Shown: one piece after another, positions 32,086-48,300 of the stretch
Layout: every line of letters starts with the position of its first letter
How positions within the stretch are numbered: the first letter of the stretch is position 1
Source of the DNA: the human T2T-CHM13v2.0 reference genome, Homo sapiens
Reading direction: 5' to 3' (one strand)
Length of the DNA: 64,000 bases
NCBI RefSeq assembly: GCF_009914755.1
Contig: NC_060926.1
Made by a program: the position numbers and the translations under genes
Notes under the pieces: generated by a model
What the model was told of the DNA's origin: nothing
Seen by the model: only the letters and a program-made list of their open reading frames with translations
The model's database searches: none

Positions 32086-33195
32086 TATAGTCAGCCCTTT
32101 CTATCTGTAGATTTCACATCAGCAAGCAAAGTTGGATAGAAAATACAGTATTCACTGTAATCCCAGGTACTTAGGAAGGTGAGAAAGGAGGATTGCTTGA
32201 GCCCAGGAGTCTGAGGCTTTAGTGAGGTATGATCACGCCACTGCACTCCAGCCTGGTGAAAGAGCAAGACTCTATCTCTTAAGAAAATAAAATAAAATAC
32301 TGTATTGAAGGACAGAAATCCACACATATGGGGGGCCAACTTTTTATTTTTAATGATGGTAAGCTTTATTTTGCCAAAATTTTTTTTTTGTTTTCAAACT
32401 TATATTTTCAAATATTAGTATTGCATACAGAAAATGATTTTGTTAAAAATATTACAAAGTAGGAAGGACATAAACCCAGAAAAAAGGCTTTTAAGTGAGT
32501 AAATTTATTTCTATGGAACAAATCTCAACAATTATTTTTCCTTTACCTTTGATACGTTAGAACTTACCAAAGAATGATACTCATTACATGAGCTTGAATC
32601 TGAGAACCTCAGATGTAGCTAATAAAGAACCAATGAATAATGTAAAGTAAGAGAATTATGAATGTTTTTCTAAAAAACAAAACAAAATAAAACAAAACTG
32701 TTACATTCCATTTGGACTCTTAGCCATGTTTTTCAGAAATATTTTCTGTTTTATATTATTGCCTACTTCACTGTCTTAACAAGATGAAGACCAGGACATC
32801 AAAGGGCATTAAGCATGTGGTGGGAGTTATATTATGGGCAGTTAACCCAAGGGAGGTCAGATGTGGCTTCAGATTCCACATACACAGCTACCTTTCCTCA
32901 CTGAGGCAGAGCAAGGTAATCCAGAAAGTCTTATCAGACTCTGAGAATGCTGTACTTACATTATTTGGAAAAATCACTTGAAAAGATGAAATATTAAATA
33001 ATTTATACTAAAATCTAGATTATTATTCTGATAGGTCAATTTGATTTGTTTAGTGGTTTGCTCACTTTCAGCTTGTTAATTCCACAGAAGAGGAGGGCCT
33101 ACTTTTCATATATACGTGTCTTTTCTGCAGGACTTAAGTATGCACCAATTCTGATATCTATCAGGGTCCTGGAACCAATTCCCAGAGAAGACTGA
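32086..33195 (+). mobile_element. MER2-family element split by an Alu monomer (32155-32295) and a ~740-bp insertion (32345-33077)
   Basis: The 5' part tagtcagccctttctatctg...gaaaatacagtatt resumes as gggcctacttttcata...gggtcctggaaccaattccc. The Alu has TSD aaaatac(a/t)gtatt. Confidence 0.6.
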
Positions 33196-34059
33196 TTAAG
33201 TTCAGTTTTGTTCTGAAATTTTTATTTTGTGTGTAGAAATAACATTTTCATGAAGTTATAACTATGTTCATTTATCATTCCAATATTATTAAGAATTATG
33301 AATGATCAACTGATGTTTCTGTAATGAGCACTTATTGGTACTTAGGGTTACCAGATAGACGTTTTTATAGATAGGAAAATAAAAAATGACTCCCACTTAT
33401 AATATCACTTTTTCTTCCTTTTGTACGGTGGAAAAATATCATAGTTGATTTCTTGCAAGCCAATAGAAAATTTCAAAATATATGTAGTAAATGATAAATA
33501 TAATATTTTCTCATACAGTATAATATAGTTTTTGCATAGCTTTATTTTCAGTATCTTTTTGTTTCTTATTTTAAAAGAATATGTGTTTATTTTAGAAAAT
33601 GTTAAGATCAAGAAAGCAACAACTGAAAATAAATATCTCCCTAATTCCATCAGAAAAATATAAAATCATGGTTATAGTCTTAGGTGTATAATTCTAGTCC
33701 CTTTCCTATTTTAAATATATTTTTGTTTATGTATACACAAAACCAAGTAAATCTCTCTATATATAATTTATATAATAAACATATATTTATTTATTCTTTT
33801 TCTCATGTTTTATATGTAGAGGTTTTTTTCTCTCCTAAATCTTGACTATTGCAATTTTTTTCTGCCAAACATGGACTATCCCCAGGTTGATCTTATATGT
33901 ACTGCAGACGGAGTTAGGTCATTGGACAGCCAGAAATGGCTCTATCTTTCTGTCCAGGGATTATCAAAGCGTCAGGTTTGGGAGTAAGAGCATGTTTTAA
34001 ACAGTTTGATTGGTTGACCAATGGCAGCATATTTTTAACTTACCCATCGCCCTCGCTTA

Positions 34060-34519
<460 letters not shown>

Positions 34520-34828
34520 TAGTGTGACTTTTTTAAAAAGGACAAAAAATTACAATAGAAGGTTGGCTAATCACAAACAAGACTTTGATGATCACAGTTG
34601 TGCTATAATTTATTGTAATGTATTAAAAAATCAACACTTACTTGTAATGTGCCTTGAGACAAATCATTTAGTCACTTGATTTCTCAGACCTCAGTTTCCT
34701 CCTCTGTGAAATACTAATATCAACTGTGCGTAGTTTATTTTAAAGAATTAGAAAAATTGTAAGTAAATACTTTAATACTGAGCATGATTGCTGTGGTTAC
34801 TATACCGTTGTTACTATTGTAGCACTGA

Positions 34829-35195
<367 letters not shown>

Positions 35196-36417
35196 CAGAG
35201 GAGTCTTTAGAGATGATTGAATGTGGAGGTTCAGTTGACAAGTGGCTTGTTCTAATTGTTAAATTAGAAATATTCAATGTTAGAATTGCTGAGTGCTCTT
35301 ATGTTTCTCCTCTATATCATTTGGGCAACTAGTAAACAGCCTACTGTTTTATCAACAGGCATGTCATCTATGCTTCGAGCAGCCACAGCAAGTATTCAGG
35401 GGAGTCATTTCCAGGAATTTCTAATGCTCTGTTTGAAATTAAAAGCAAGGTGGACCCTTGCAAGGCTAGGGGAGAAGTGAAGAGAAAGATTTCTGTTGCT
35501 GCCTTCACAGTGCAGGCAGCTTCAGAGGCTTTGAACCAAGTAGCCTATGAGGATTCTTTAGAGAACCTATATTGAATTGTGTGATATAACACTCAGAAAG
35601 AATCATGATGGGTATATTGATGAATTTTTAAATTAGTATATTAGAAATGAAGCTACATATTATATAAAGTTATGTGAGTGTTCATATATATGTTTGTGTA
35701 TATGTTTTATTTTCTTGTCATGGATTAAAAATAAAACATTAAAATTTATAATTATACAAGGTTATTCTGAAGTGGAAGAATCAAACTCAGTATTAAATCC
35801 AAGGGGAATAGACAAATATTGTGAAACTCTCATCTGGCATTATCAGAGAATCAAGTCTAATGTGTTCATGACGCTTCACACATGGGAAAACATCAGTTTG
35901 TCATAGAGCACACTGCGGAATATGCACAACTGCTCCAAGCCAGAGGTCTCACGCCCTGCCTGGCCTCCCAAGGCTGAGAGGATCACTATCTCAGCACAGT
36001 AGTTGGGACACCGATTAAACTACACTTTTAGTAAATGTGATCACTCTATAGCATAAGAAATCATTATTTTTTATCAAAAATATCTTATTTATATAAAAGA
36101 CTATAATGTAACACACGAGTATAGAGAAAAATTGTCATGAAATGAATATCTGTGAACCTACTAACCTTATTAAGAAAATAACATTTCCAATATCTTTTGG
36201 TTCTCCATGCACTAATGACAGTTGTGCTCATTCACTTTCTTGAATTTTGTGTTTATCTTTATTTGCTCTGTTATTCATTATAATTTTATCACACGTGGCT
36301 ATATTATTTACATGTCTTACGTTTTGGCTTTAGGTAGTTTTGAACTTTTTATAAGTAAAATCATACCATGTATATTTTTATGGTACTTGATTTTTTTTCC
36401 ACCGGTCTTTAAGGGTT

Positions 36418-36452
36418 TAGATAGTTAGATAAGTAGATAGATAGATAGATAG
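36418..36452. repeat. (TAGA)n tetranucleotide repeat
   Basis: Direct reading of the sequence. Confidence 0.85.
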
Positions 36453-36704
36453 AGAGCATTTATTCAAATGAAAGTAAGATTCAGGGTCCATCAAGACAGA
36501 GAAAACATATAATAATGTGAATAGGGAAAGTTAATATAAAGAATGATTATTTATAACAGCATTTGAGCAATGAAATATTGTCTAGTAGAATCTAAGAAGT
36601 CTAAATAATACGTGATGAGCACATATAAGGAATTGCCATTGTTTCCAGGGTGAAGTTGAAGTTCCAATGAAGAGTCCCCTCACCCCTTGGCCTCACTGAA
36701 TGTT

Positions 36705-38381
36705 AAGAAGTCGCTGTGCTTCCTAGAAATCTAGCCATTTTTATTAAATCAGTCTGGGAAGGCAGGTTGAAGAAAGACGTTTGCTTGCATTTTGTTTCTG
36801 TGAATTTAAGTGGCAGAAGATGGAATAGTACAATAAGATAAGGATCAGGAAATGGATCAGGACAAACAACTCAATTAGATAACAGTCCTTTTTAGCACCA
36901 TAATCCATGTGACATTTCCTCAGTTCTCCCAAATATTTAGAGTCATTAAATATTTGTACAGTTTCCCATTCCCATTCCCACCTTTTTCCCTATCAGTTGT
37001 GAACACTCAAATAGAGTACTCTTTCTAAAAATTAGTTAAGAAACATAATTAACAGAAATGACTACATGGTACATACAGCAAACATTAAACTAACAGCCTG
37101 GAATACATATCTAAATGTCTTGGGTGATTTGAGCTACAAAACTTGTTGCCATTACCTGCAACCATGTTGTTTTATTAAGTTCTCTGAATGGGCCTACAAA
37201 GTCTCGGCGTACTAGAGAGTAGCTCTTAAATTTCCCAGGATTCCACTGCACACAGTGGAGGTCATGGTCAGCTATGCTTGGGATGAGCCATTAATGGCTA
37301 CATAGCCTTTCCATTAACCCAGTCTCTGCCCCCAGTTTACTTGGGCCATGAACTTTCATGCCTCAAATTTCAATAATGAATTTTATAACATATAACTCCC
37401 TCACGACACTCCAAAGGAGGGAATTGTGTCATTTTTGTTGATGGTTGCCATTTGTTTGCTTACTTTTATCACTTTTTTTAAACATGAGGTCCACTCCCTG
37501 AGCTGAGAATAAATGGAAAGCTTACACAGGAATTGAAGAATTTGAAAACGTGGATAATTTGCTCCTTGACCTCTAGACAATTTACTTAACCTCTTTAAAT
37601 GTCAACTGCTTTCTTGCAAAATGGGAGGTAAACTTGATAATCCCTAAAATTTAAAAATGTATAACATTATACAGAGAGGACAGTGGTAAACTCAGGACTG
37701 CTGCCCTTTCTATATGATGTAATATTACATAAGACAAACCTATAACGCGTCTAATGGACCACTGTTTACAGTTTGACACACCAATGCATTACCAATATTT
37801 CCTTTTAACTACATCTCATAAATTAATATGAAAAACCCTTATAGTCCTATTCCACGTAAGGTGAAGGAAAACTAGAAGCATGAAAAATGAATATTAATTT
37901 AATTAAACTTTTCTATAATGGCTCACTGTCTGTTCCAGACTCTGAAAACTCCCAGGTACCAGAAATCTGGAAAAAAAATAGAGCCAGCAAATAGGACCAA
38001 GAAGGACTCAGCTTTCATAATAAAATACTCAACATCCTTGCTGTTTTTAATAATGTGGAAAGTTGACAATGGTGGTGGTATTGCTGGTGGGTTTGTGTGT
38101 ACCTGCATGTGGTGTATATAATTATATACATATAATTACTTTTAGAGCTCTTGCATCTTGAAAAACGCCCATCTGTTTGGTAACATTTTATGTTGTGGCA
38201 CTTTCCTCACATTTGAAAATGGGAATTGTGATACAAAGACATGTATTTTTTTTTCCACACTAAGATTCAGAATGTTCTGGCACAGATATTTCTCATTCAT
38301 GTTAGCTATCTACATTCATTAGCTGTTTAGATACCATCAATAGAATTCTTTAAAAAAAAAAAAAAAAGAAGTCGCTGTGCT
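36705..38381 (+). mobile_element. L1-machinery retroposed unique sequence (~1.65 kb) with poly(A) and a perfect 16-bp TSD
   Basis: AAGAAGTCGCTGTGCT occurs at 36705-36720 and 38366-38381. An A16 run (38352-38367) leads into the second copy, and the first copy sits in a TT/AAGA endonuclease-type site. Confidence 0.85.
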
Positions 38382-39357
38382 GTTGTGCTTGAAAAACTTG
38401 CTTTAAATCCACACTTCAGAGCTCCCCAGAAACTTGCCTTCTGGGCCACTTGTAAAGCTGTTTATGAAGAAATGTCATGCTAGACGGGCTCCACTGCAAA
38501 TATGGCAAAGGACAGTATCAGGAGGAGCTCACGGCTGCTGAGTTCTCCTGGCCACCATGAACTTCAGGAAGTGCGTGCTATAGCAGCAGCCTGAATTACA
38601 GAATCTGGTCATCGGTGTATCCCTGTATGCCCTCCGGGCCAGACACTGGAGGTGTCATTTCCAAAGCAGATTGGAAGCGCTTTTTTGGAATTTCTCTCCA
38701 GTGCTTTCTACTCACAAAAATTGACATCTTAACACGTGGCAAAGAAAAAATATTTAAAGGGTCCAGATCTATTTATGTAAACAACCAAGAGTGAGTTTGT
38801 AGTGGATAACCCAAAGTTGGATAAACGTTGCATAATAAAATATATATTTATTCATTTTCTGCTGTTGTACATTTGGAATGATTTTTGTATTTTGATTTTG
38901 TGAACACGTCTCCTAATGCAAATGTTCAATAGATTCTCTTTCCTGACAGTATCTTCTGATAGCTGGAATGTCTGGGTTATAAAATTTGTTGATCGTCAAT
39001 TCTACTGGCAATGCCACAGTGTTTCAAAGTAATTTTACGTATTTATATTTCCACTGACAAGGTAATCATGTTATACAAAATAATAGAAATATGGATGATT
39101 ATGGCAAGTTAAAGAACTACAAAGAACTCACCCTTACTAGAATCCAAGGCATTTGTGGGAAGAACGATTCATACATTGAGCACCAAATACATGAAGTACA
39201 TTTTGGAAGACATCGAGACGAGTGTAACTACTTGTAGCTTATCAAAATCCCATAATAAGGTTAAGCAGCTAGGAATGTAGGCATATTTGCATTTCAGAAA
39301 CATTCTGGCCTAGATAGAATACAAGGACATCAACCCAGCAAAAGAACAGAACTAACA

Positions 39358-39652
39358 GTTTTTTTTGTGTGTGAGACAGGGTCTCGCTCTGTCATCCAGG
39401 CCAGAGTCAGTGGCACAATCCCGGCTCAATGCAACCTCTGCCTCCTGGGCTCAGGCAATTGTCCAGCCTAAGACTCCCAAGTAGCTGAGATTACCGGCGT
39501 GCACCATTGTGCCTGTCTAATTTTTATATTTTTGTGGAGATGGAGTTTCACCATGTTGCCTAGGCTGGTCTTGAACTTCTCCGCCTGACCAGTCAAGCCA
39601 CCTAGGCCTCCCAAAGTGCTGGGATTACAGGCATGAGCCACCATACCAGGTC
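39358..39652 (-). mobile_element. Alu (AluJ-like)
   Basis: Antisense Alu. Confidence 0.85.
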
Positions 39653-40573
39653 CCAAAATCTTTTCTCATGACAACTGCTGTCACATAGACTTTACTATCA
39701 GAAAAGAAAAGACTACCTTCATCCTTTGGATTTCAGCTTAGGTGTCATTTCTTTTATGAAGACTTTTAGGATGACTGTCCTTTCGTTTGTATGAACTACT
39801 AGACCATGAGCTCTTTATGGACTTAGTCTTGTTTTTTTTTTTTTTTTACACTTTTTAAAAATTTTACTTAAATTTTCGGGATACACGTGCAGAACCTGCA
39901 GGTTTGTTACAATTTTGGCTCCAATCTCTACCAGTAAGGAGAGTCCATAGTAGACACTCATTTTGTGAGTAATCAGAGTAGCGCACATATGAGACCCTCT
40001 GAGACATTCTGTGTTTTGAAAAGAAGAGCTGCACTTCACACTAGGATTTCCACAATGCCTTAGTTATGGGGTGTGGCTGAGCATGCTCACAGGCTTTTTG
40101 TCATGTCATTAAGAGAGTTGGACAGTATGGTAGATGTAGGACAGTGTGCATATTATTATTCAAAAAAAAGGACCAAAACCTGCACAATACTTGAAAGCTT
40201 TTTCAACTTTCTGATCTATTCTGCCAGCATGCGAGAAGCATCCCCCCAAAATATTGTATGTAATTTGGTGCCTTAGGAACATACTTTGGCAACATATTTA
40301 ATGTAACTGAAAGGAAAGCAGTTTTCAGAGACAGATGGCCTGGTTCCAAACCCTAGTTCTCCTACTTAATTAGAGTATGCCTATGGGCAACTTATTAAAG
40401 TTTCCTATTCTTACGTTTCTTGATCTTCAAATGAGTATAAAATATTATTTATCTCATGGGGTCGCTGTAAGGATTAAGTAAGCTGGAACATGTGAAGCAC
40501 TTAGAACAGTTTTTAGCATAGAATTGGTAATCAATAAATGTCTGATTTTTCACTTGAATGACAGAGTATTTTT

Positions 40574-40797
40574 ATATATATACATTTTTATTACACTTTA
40601 GGTTCTAGGGTACATGTGCACAATGTGCAGGCTTGTTACATATGTATACATGTGCCATGTTGGTGTGCTGCACCCATTAACTCGTCATTTACATTAGGTA
40701 TATCTCCTAATGCTATCCCTCCCCACTCCTCCCACCCCACAACAGGCCCCGGTGTGTAATGTTCCCCATTCCTGTGTCCAAGTGTTCTCATTGTCAA
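40574..40797 (-). mobile_element. Short 5'-truncated L1PA
   Basis: Antisense L1 3'UTR with TSD aatgacagagtattttt at 40557-40573 and 40798-40814. Confidence 0.92.
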
Positions 40798-41550
40798 AAT
40801 GACAGAGTATTTTTTGGTTAGGTAAGGAAATATTGCTTTTTCTCTCTTACCTATCCTGCATGATAACACAGTTGTAGTAAAATAGATAATAACTTTTTCA
40901 GCTTCTAGCACTAAAATTTGCAACTATTTTTTATTCTTTTATATGCATCTCGTAAGTTGCTTATTGTTTATTTCTGTCTAATACAGGGCAGTCTACAAAA
41001 TGTAGAATTGAATTTTGACTGATAAGTGACAATACTAGAAAGTCTTTCTTCTCTACACTTAGGTAGAAAATATGCAACATTTTAAGAAGTGTTTGAAGCA
41101 GTTTTCAAAGAACATTTCTGGAAAAGTCTGCATATATGTATCTATGATTATCTTTTCTTAACTTTATTGGATATATTTTTTGAAGCATAATGCTGATCAA
41201 ATGACACTTCAGAAAACATACTAATTTGCAATGCCATGGACTGATTAAAAAGGCAGCCACTTCATCTTTTTCTGGGATGTGCTGTCTTTTATAATTTTTT
41301 AAATGTCTATTAATATGTAAATGGTGACTTTTATATAGATCTTTACTTTTTCAACTTCTAGCAAGGTTTGTTAATTTTAAGTTTATAGAAATGACCTAAA
41401 TCGCCAAACATTAGATAATTTATGAATACAACTATGTGTAAACATTGGTGATTTATTAAATCATGGTAAATGACAACAAAATCTGTTAGTATGGCAACTG
41501 TGTTAAAAATAACTTTCATGCACTATTAAAGATAATTATGCACATAATTA

Positions 41551-41862
<312 letters not shown>

Positions 41863-42230
41863 CTAATTATTATTGTGTAAATAATTATTATATAATTTTA
41901 AAAATATGAATACATAACATTGTTATAGACAGTTATGTACATATATGTAAAGTATCAGTTTTAAAATTATTCAAAAAGGTGGATGAATAAAAACAGATTT
42001 TATTTTCATATAAAACAATCATTAGGAAATAGTCATAAAATAGTAAAAATAAGAAAAACAGGCTGATACAACTAATTCTATCAACCATTATATATACAAT
42101 TATGTGAAACACAATTGAGTTCCTTGCTATACTTTTTTAAACAAGAGAGTTACACAGCACAGATGTGTTGGTAATCCCAGTTAATGTGTTATCTTTGAAC
42201 ATATTCAGATAAATAACGGCTAGGCACTTA

Positions 42231-42585
<355 letters not shown>

Positions 42586-42589
42586 TTAG

Positions 42590-42933
<344 letters not shown>

Positions 42934-43039
42934 AATTAAAATATTTCTTTGAATAACCTGTGTTAAGTCAACTTTCTTGCATCTCATTCCAAACTTGTCT
43001 GTTGAGCTTTGAGCCCTCAGGTGTGGTTTTCAATACTTT

Positions 43040-43269
43040 ATAAACCTAATCAGCCAATTTACCCCTTTCCATGCAATCTAATCAATCTCAGGAAGTGAGT
43101 GTGGTCTTTCGTGGGCCCATACCCTTTAAAGGGATGCTTGTCCAGAGATTTCTGTCTCCTTCAGTGAGGACCCACTGGAATCGTGGCTGCTGGGCTTTGG
43201 AGCACCAGGAGTTACTTCTAATCTGGATATCTACAGAGCTTCTAGACTGAGACCATTCACAATAGCCTT
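43040..43269 (+). promoter_or_regulatory. Putative promoter and non-coding exon 1 of the TRIM64-like pseudogene
   Basis: In order: AAACCTAATCA (43042-43052), CAATCTAATCA (43074-43084), GTGTGGTCTT, TTTAAA and donor ctt|gtgagt at 43269/43270. This is the same motif order as the TRIM43B promoter. Confidence 0.55.
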
Positions 43270-43722
43270 GTGAGTATAAAATTTGCAGTAAACCCATCAT
43301 GCTCACCTTTTCTCTTCAAAACACTTTAAATTTACCTGGCAGCATGCTTGGGTCTTTTCTAAGCAAACAAGTAACTGTCTTAGTGATTTTACAGAAAATC
43401 AATATAAAGTATGTTCAATTTGTAACATAGGGTTTGTGTTCCCTTGCTATTTGATTGTTTTTATGTGACTATATTCTGTATTATTAGATTTTTTAGATGT
43501 GAAAAGATATATTTCCATAGTTTCGTGAAATGATAGAACCCATAAAATACCTAAAATGTACACTAGAATGTGGGCCTGTAGTAATGGTTATAATGTACAC
43601 CAAAGTAAATGTTAAAAATGTTGAATTACTTTGAAAATTCTTGTTGCAAACGTCTATTTGCTATCTCTTCAAAATTTGCAGTTTGTAGACTAGATTTGAA
43701 AGCTGTTGAAAATAGATTTAAT

Positions 43723-44040
<318 letters not shown>

Positions 44041-44493
44041 TTATTTACGTTTAATGTATTGAACAGAAGAGTTTGATATTAAAGTTAAAGGGACAAATTT
44101 AATGATTGATAATTTTAGGAGTTGACAGTCCACTCTGATTAATCAATCTTAGATAAAACCTACTTCATTTATAATTGTCTGAGCAAACTTTATAGGTGAG
44201 TTTGGAGGCAGGGAGTATAGAATAATAGCATAGATACTAAGTGTCTTTCATATATTATCATCATGGAATCATCAAAAGAGATAGAATGACAGAGACAGGA
44301 CGAGATTCAGAATGTGCTTCTTCGTTAATCAGCTTATGTAAGTGACTCAGAAATCATCCCAGCTTTTACCCTCTGCCTAGGCTTTAAGCTTGTCTAAGTA
44401 ACTGGGAATGATTGAGAGCATGACTTGTTTAACAAAATGTTTAATAAAATACCATGAGGTATTTTATTCTCATCTCATTTTCTTATTTGAATC

Positions 44494-45126
<633 letters not shown>

Positions 45127-45308
45127 TATAAATCCAGCATGTTTGCATTTACTATGTCTCAGTTTGTACTGGAGCTAACTTATTAGACATATTGGACATA
45201 GCTCAAGTAGACAAGGAAAATTGTCCACCGGCTTTTTTTTCCTTTTCATTGGGGCAAATAAAAATAAGAGAAAGAAATTCTCACTTTTTTTTTTAAATTT
45301 TCTGAAAC

Positions 45309-48300
45309 ATGGATTCAGACACCCCGCAAGCCTTCCAGAATGAGCTCATGTGCTCTATTTGCATGAACTACTTCATAGACCCGGTCACCATTGACTGGAC
45401 ACAGCTTTTGCTGGCCCTGCCTCCGCCTCTGCTGGGAAGAAGGCAGAGCACCAATGCACTGCCCTGAGTGCAGAGAAATCTCAGAGAAGCCCGACTTCAA
45501 CACCAATGTGGCACTCAAAAAGCTGGCTTTCCTAGCCAGACAGACCAGACCTCAGAATATCAACAGCTCAGACAATATCTGTGTGCTCCACGAGGAGACT
45601 AAGGAGCTCTTCTGTGAGGCTGATAAGAGATTGCTCTGTGGGCCCTGCTCTAAGTCACCAGAGCACATGGCTCACAGCCACAGCCCAATAGGATGGGCTG
45701 CTCAGGAATGCAGGGTACATGATGCCTCTAAGGCAGTTTGAATTGTGTAGAATCCCAAATAAGAATGATGAGGGCCTGTGATAATGATGGTGATGAGAAT
45801 GCAGATGGTGGAAGTGGTGATTATTCCATGTCAATCATAACACATAAATGTGTCCTTTCAATGTTGCTGACTAATTTGACATTCTAATCATAGCTGTGTT
45901 GAGACTTCACTAAAGGAGGTTTGCACCAAGAACACTTTTCAAAGTCTGGTTATATAAAAGCCAGTTTCTCAGAAAATTGATGATATTATCTGAAGGGTCC
46001 CTTAAAACTCTCTATGTTTCTATCACTTTTCACATCCAAATTATTAGAACCAAATTTGTTTAACATGGAAAAATCTGACCACTCCACTCTAACTTAAATT
46101 TATGTTTCTTTCAATAACAGCCTTTTTTATTGATAAGGGGATGAAATCTACTATACTGTCTTCATTATTGCTAAGCTTCTTGCCTCTTTTGCAGGAGAAA
46201 CTTATAAAGGAAATGGACTATTTATGGAAAATCAATCAAGAGACACAAAACAATCTAAATCAGGAAACTAGCAAATTTCATTCATTAGTGGTAAGAATGA
46301 AAATGTTTCCTTTGTTTTTATGCCAATAAACACAATGTTGGCTTACACTTTTTGGCTAAATTCAAACTACCAGTTAAAAGATAGTGATTTCATCCCAAGA
46401 AAATGTAGTGATTTCAATTGATATAATAGGAATTGCAAACAGAGAAGTCCACACAAGCTAGCCAAATTAATTCTAGTATATTGGATAAACGGCATGATAT
46501 GTATTCTAGTTCAAATTTGAAGGTTGGTATAAACCTTATCAGACACTGCAGGTGAGACAACATTTCACTAAGATTGAGTGTGAGGAAGATGAAAGAAATA
46601 GAATAGTATATAGAGTAAAAATATAGTAAAAGTAAAAAACAACTGCATAATATGGTGTATGGCTAAATGTTTTTTAACATTTAGGCAAATCAGACATGAA
46701 AAATCCTAAAACAGAGATTAATAGAGGAAATAATTGACTCAATAAGAACTGTGAAGAAGCATCACAGTGAGAGAAACTAGAAGTCTTTATACAGGTTTTG
46801 ATTTAAAAAGGGAGAGAGAATAGGAGCATTGAAAAAATAGGAAAAAATAGAAAAATATAGCAAATATTCAAGACTCTTTGAAAGAGTGAGGCACAAAGTT
46901 TATAAATTGCTTGATTACACCCAGCATATAATTATTTGAAGTTTTCTGTTGAGAGTGAGAACATGTAATCCTTTTAACCAAATGTCTCTGCAGGACTATG
47001 TGTCATTAAGGAAGGTGATAATCAATATTCAATATCAAAAGATGCGTCTATTTTTCGATAAGTAGGAGCAACTGCATCTGCAGGAACTGGAAAGAGAAGC
47101 AAAAGAGCTTTTCCAACAACTACAAGACAGTCAAGTGAGAATGACCCAACATTTAGAAAGGATGAAAGACATGTACAGAGAGCTGTGGGAGACGTGCCAC
47201 ATGCCTGACGTGGAGCTGCTCCAGGTGAGGAGGGAGGGTCCATCCCCAAAGAAAGGAAGCCTTTGCTGGACAATGCTGCCAGGACATGCAAATGTCACCT
47301 TCATATGTCACTGCTCTAAGCTAAGTGACACATGCTGTCTGACTTCCACCATTGCATTTGTCCAGTCACTTATTACTGCATACCTTGGTAGTCTCTGGGA
47401 AATTTTTGCCATTTTAGTAGATAACATATAACAAAGTTCTCTTCAATATAATTTGGAGTACTATCCACACAGAGAGATCATCTAAAATCATTAGAACTCT
47501 AGGCAAGGGGAAGGTTAGTAATACTCCATGTATATGCCCTAGTTCCTCTTCACTCTCTGATGTCCCATACAACAGTGATTTGCTGAAGACATTGAGAGTC
47601 TTCCCTGGCCTGGGCAAGGTTTGTAAAAGCTGCTCATCAATGTCCATGTACTCTGTTTCTCATATGGTTCTCTGCTTTGTTTTAATAGTTGTCATGTGTG
47701 GTCAGAACTTTCTTTGGAAATAAGATTAGGAAATTAATGACACTGGAAACCTAGATATCTTTGCTTTACTCCACCGTCTCTTGCTGAGCTCCTTTCTTCT
47801 TATGAAAACGATGAAGCTTTTCATTGTTAAGTTGAGGTTCTGTTATTAACATAGACATGAATGATTCCTTAGACGGGAATAAAAAGATATACATTATTAA
47901 AACACTAAAACAGAAAGAAACAAGAGTGTGAGAAAAGATGCAGAAGGAAAAGTCTCATAATTAAGAGTATCTTTTTTTTTTGCAGGATGTGGGAAATGTA
48001 TCAGCAAGGTGAGTTTACATTAAAAAATGCTATTTCTGAAAAGTTTGTTCTCTTGCGAATGAAGGGGATGTACACATGTTGAGGTACTAACATCATTCTC
48101 AGTGGCTATTTCTGATTTTGTTTCAAAAGAGGGCCTGAGGTCTTCTTTTCTCTGGTCTGGAAAGTTTTCATCTTAAAATTTGTATGAATTCAAATATACG
48201 TAAAAACAATTTGCCATTCTGAAGTTTGTTCTCCCAATCCATCCATCCTGTCCAGCCCTACCCCACAGATCTTAATACAAAATTACTCTGAGGAATCATA

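Noticed and set aside
38382-38850. Moderately GC-rich, mRNA-like stretch interrupted by the 36.7-kb insertion
   Set aside because: All six frames have stops and I could not recognise a parent gene. BLAST is needed.
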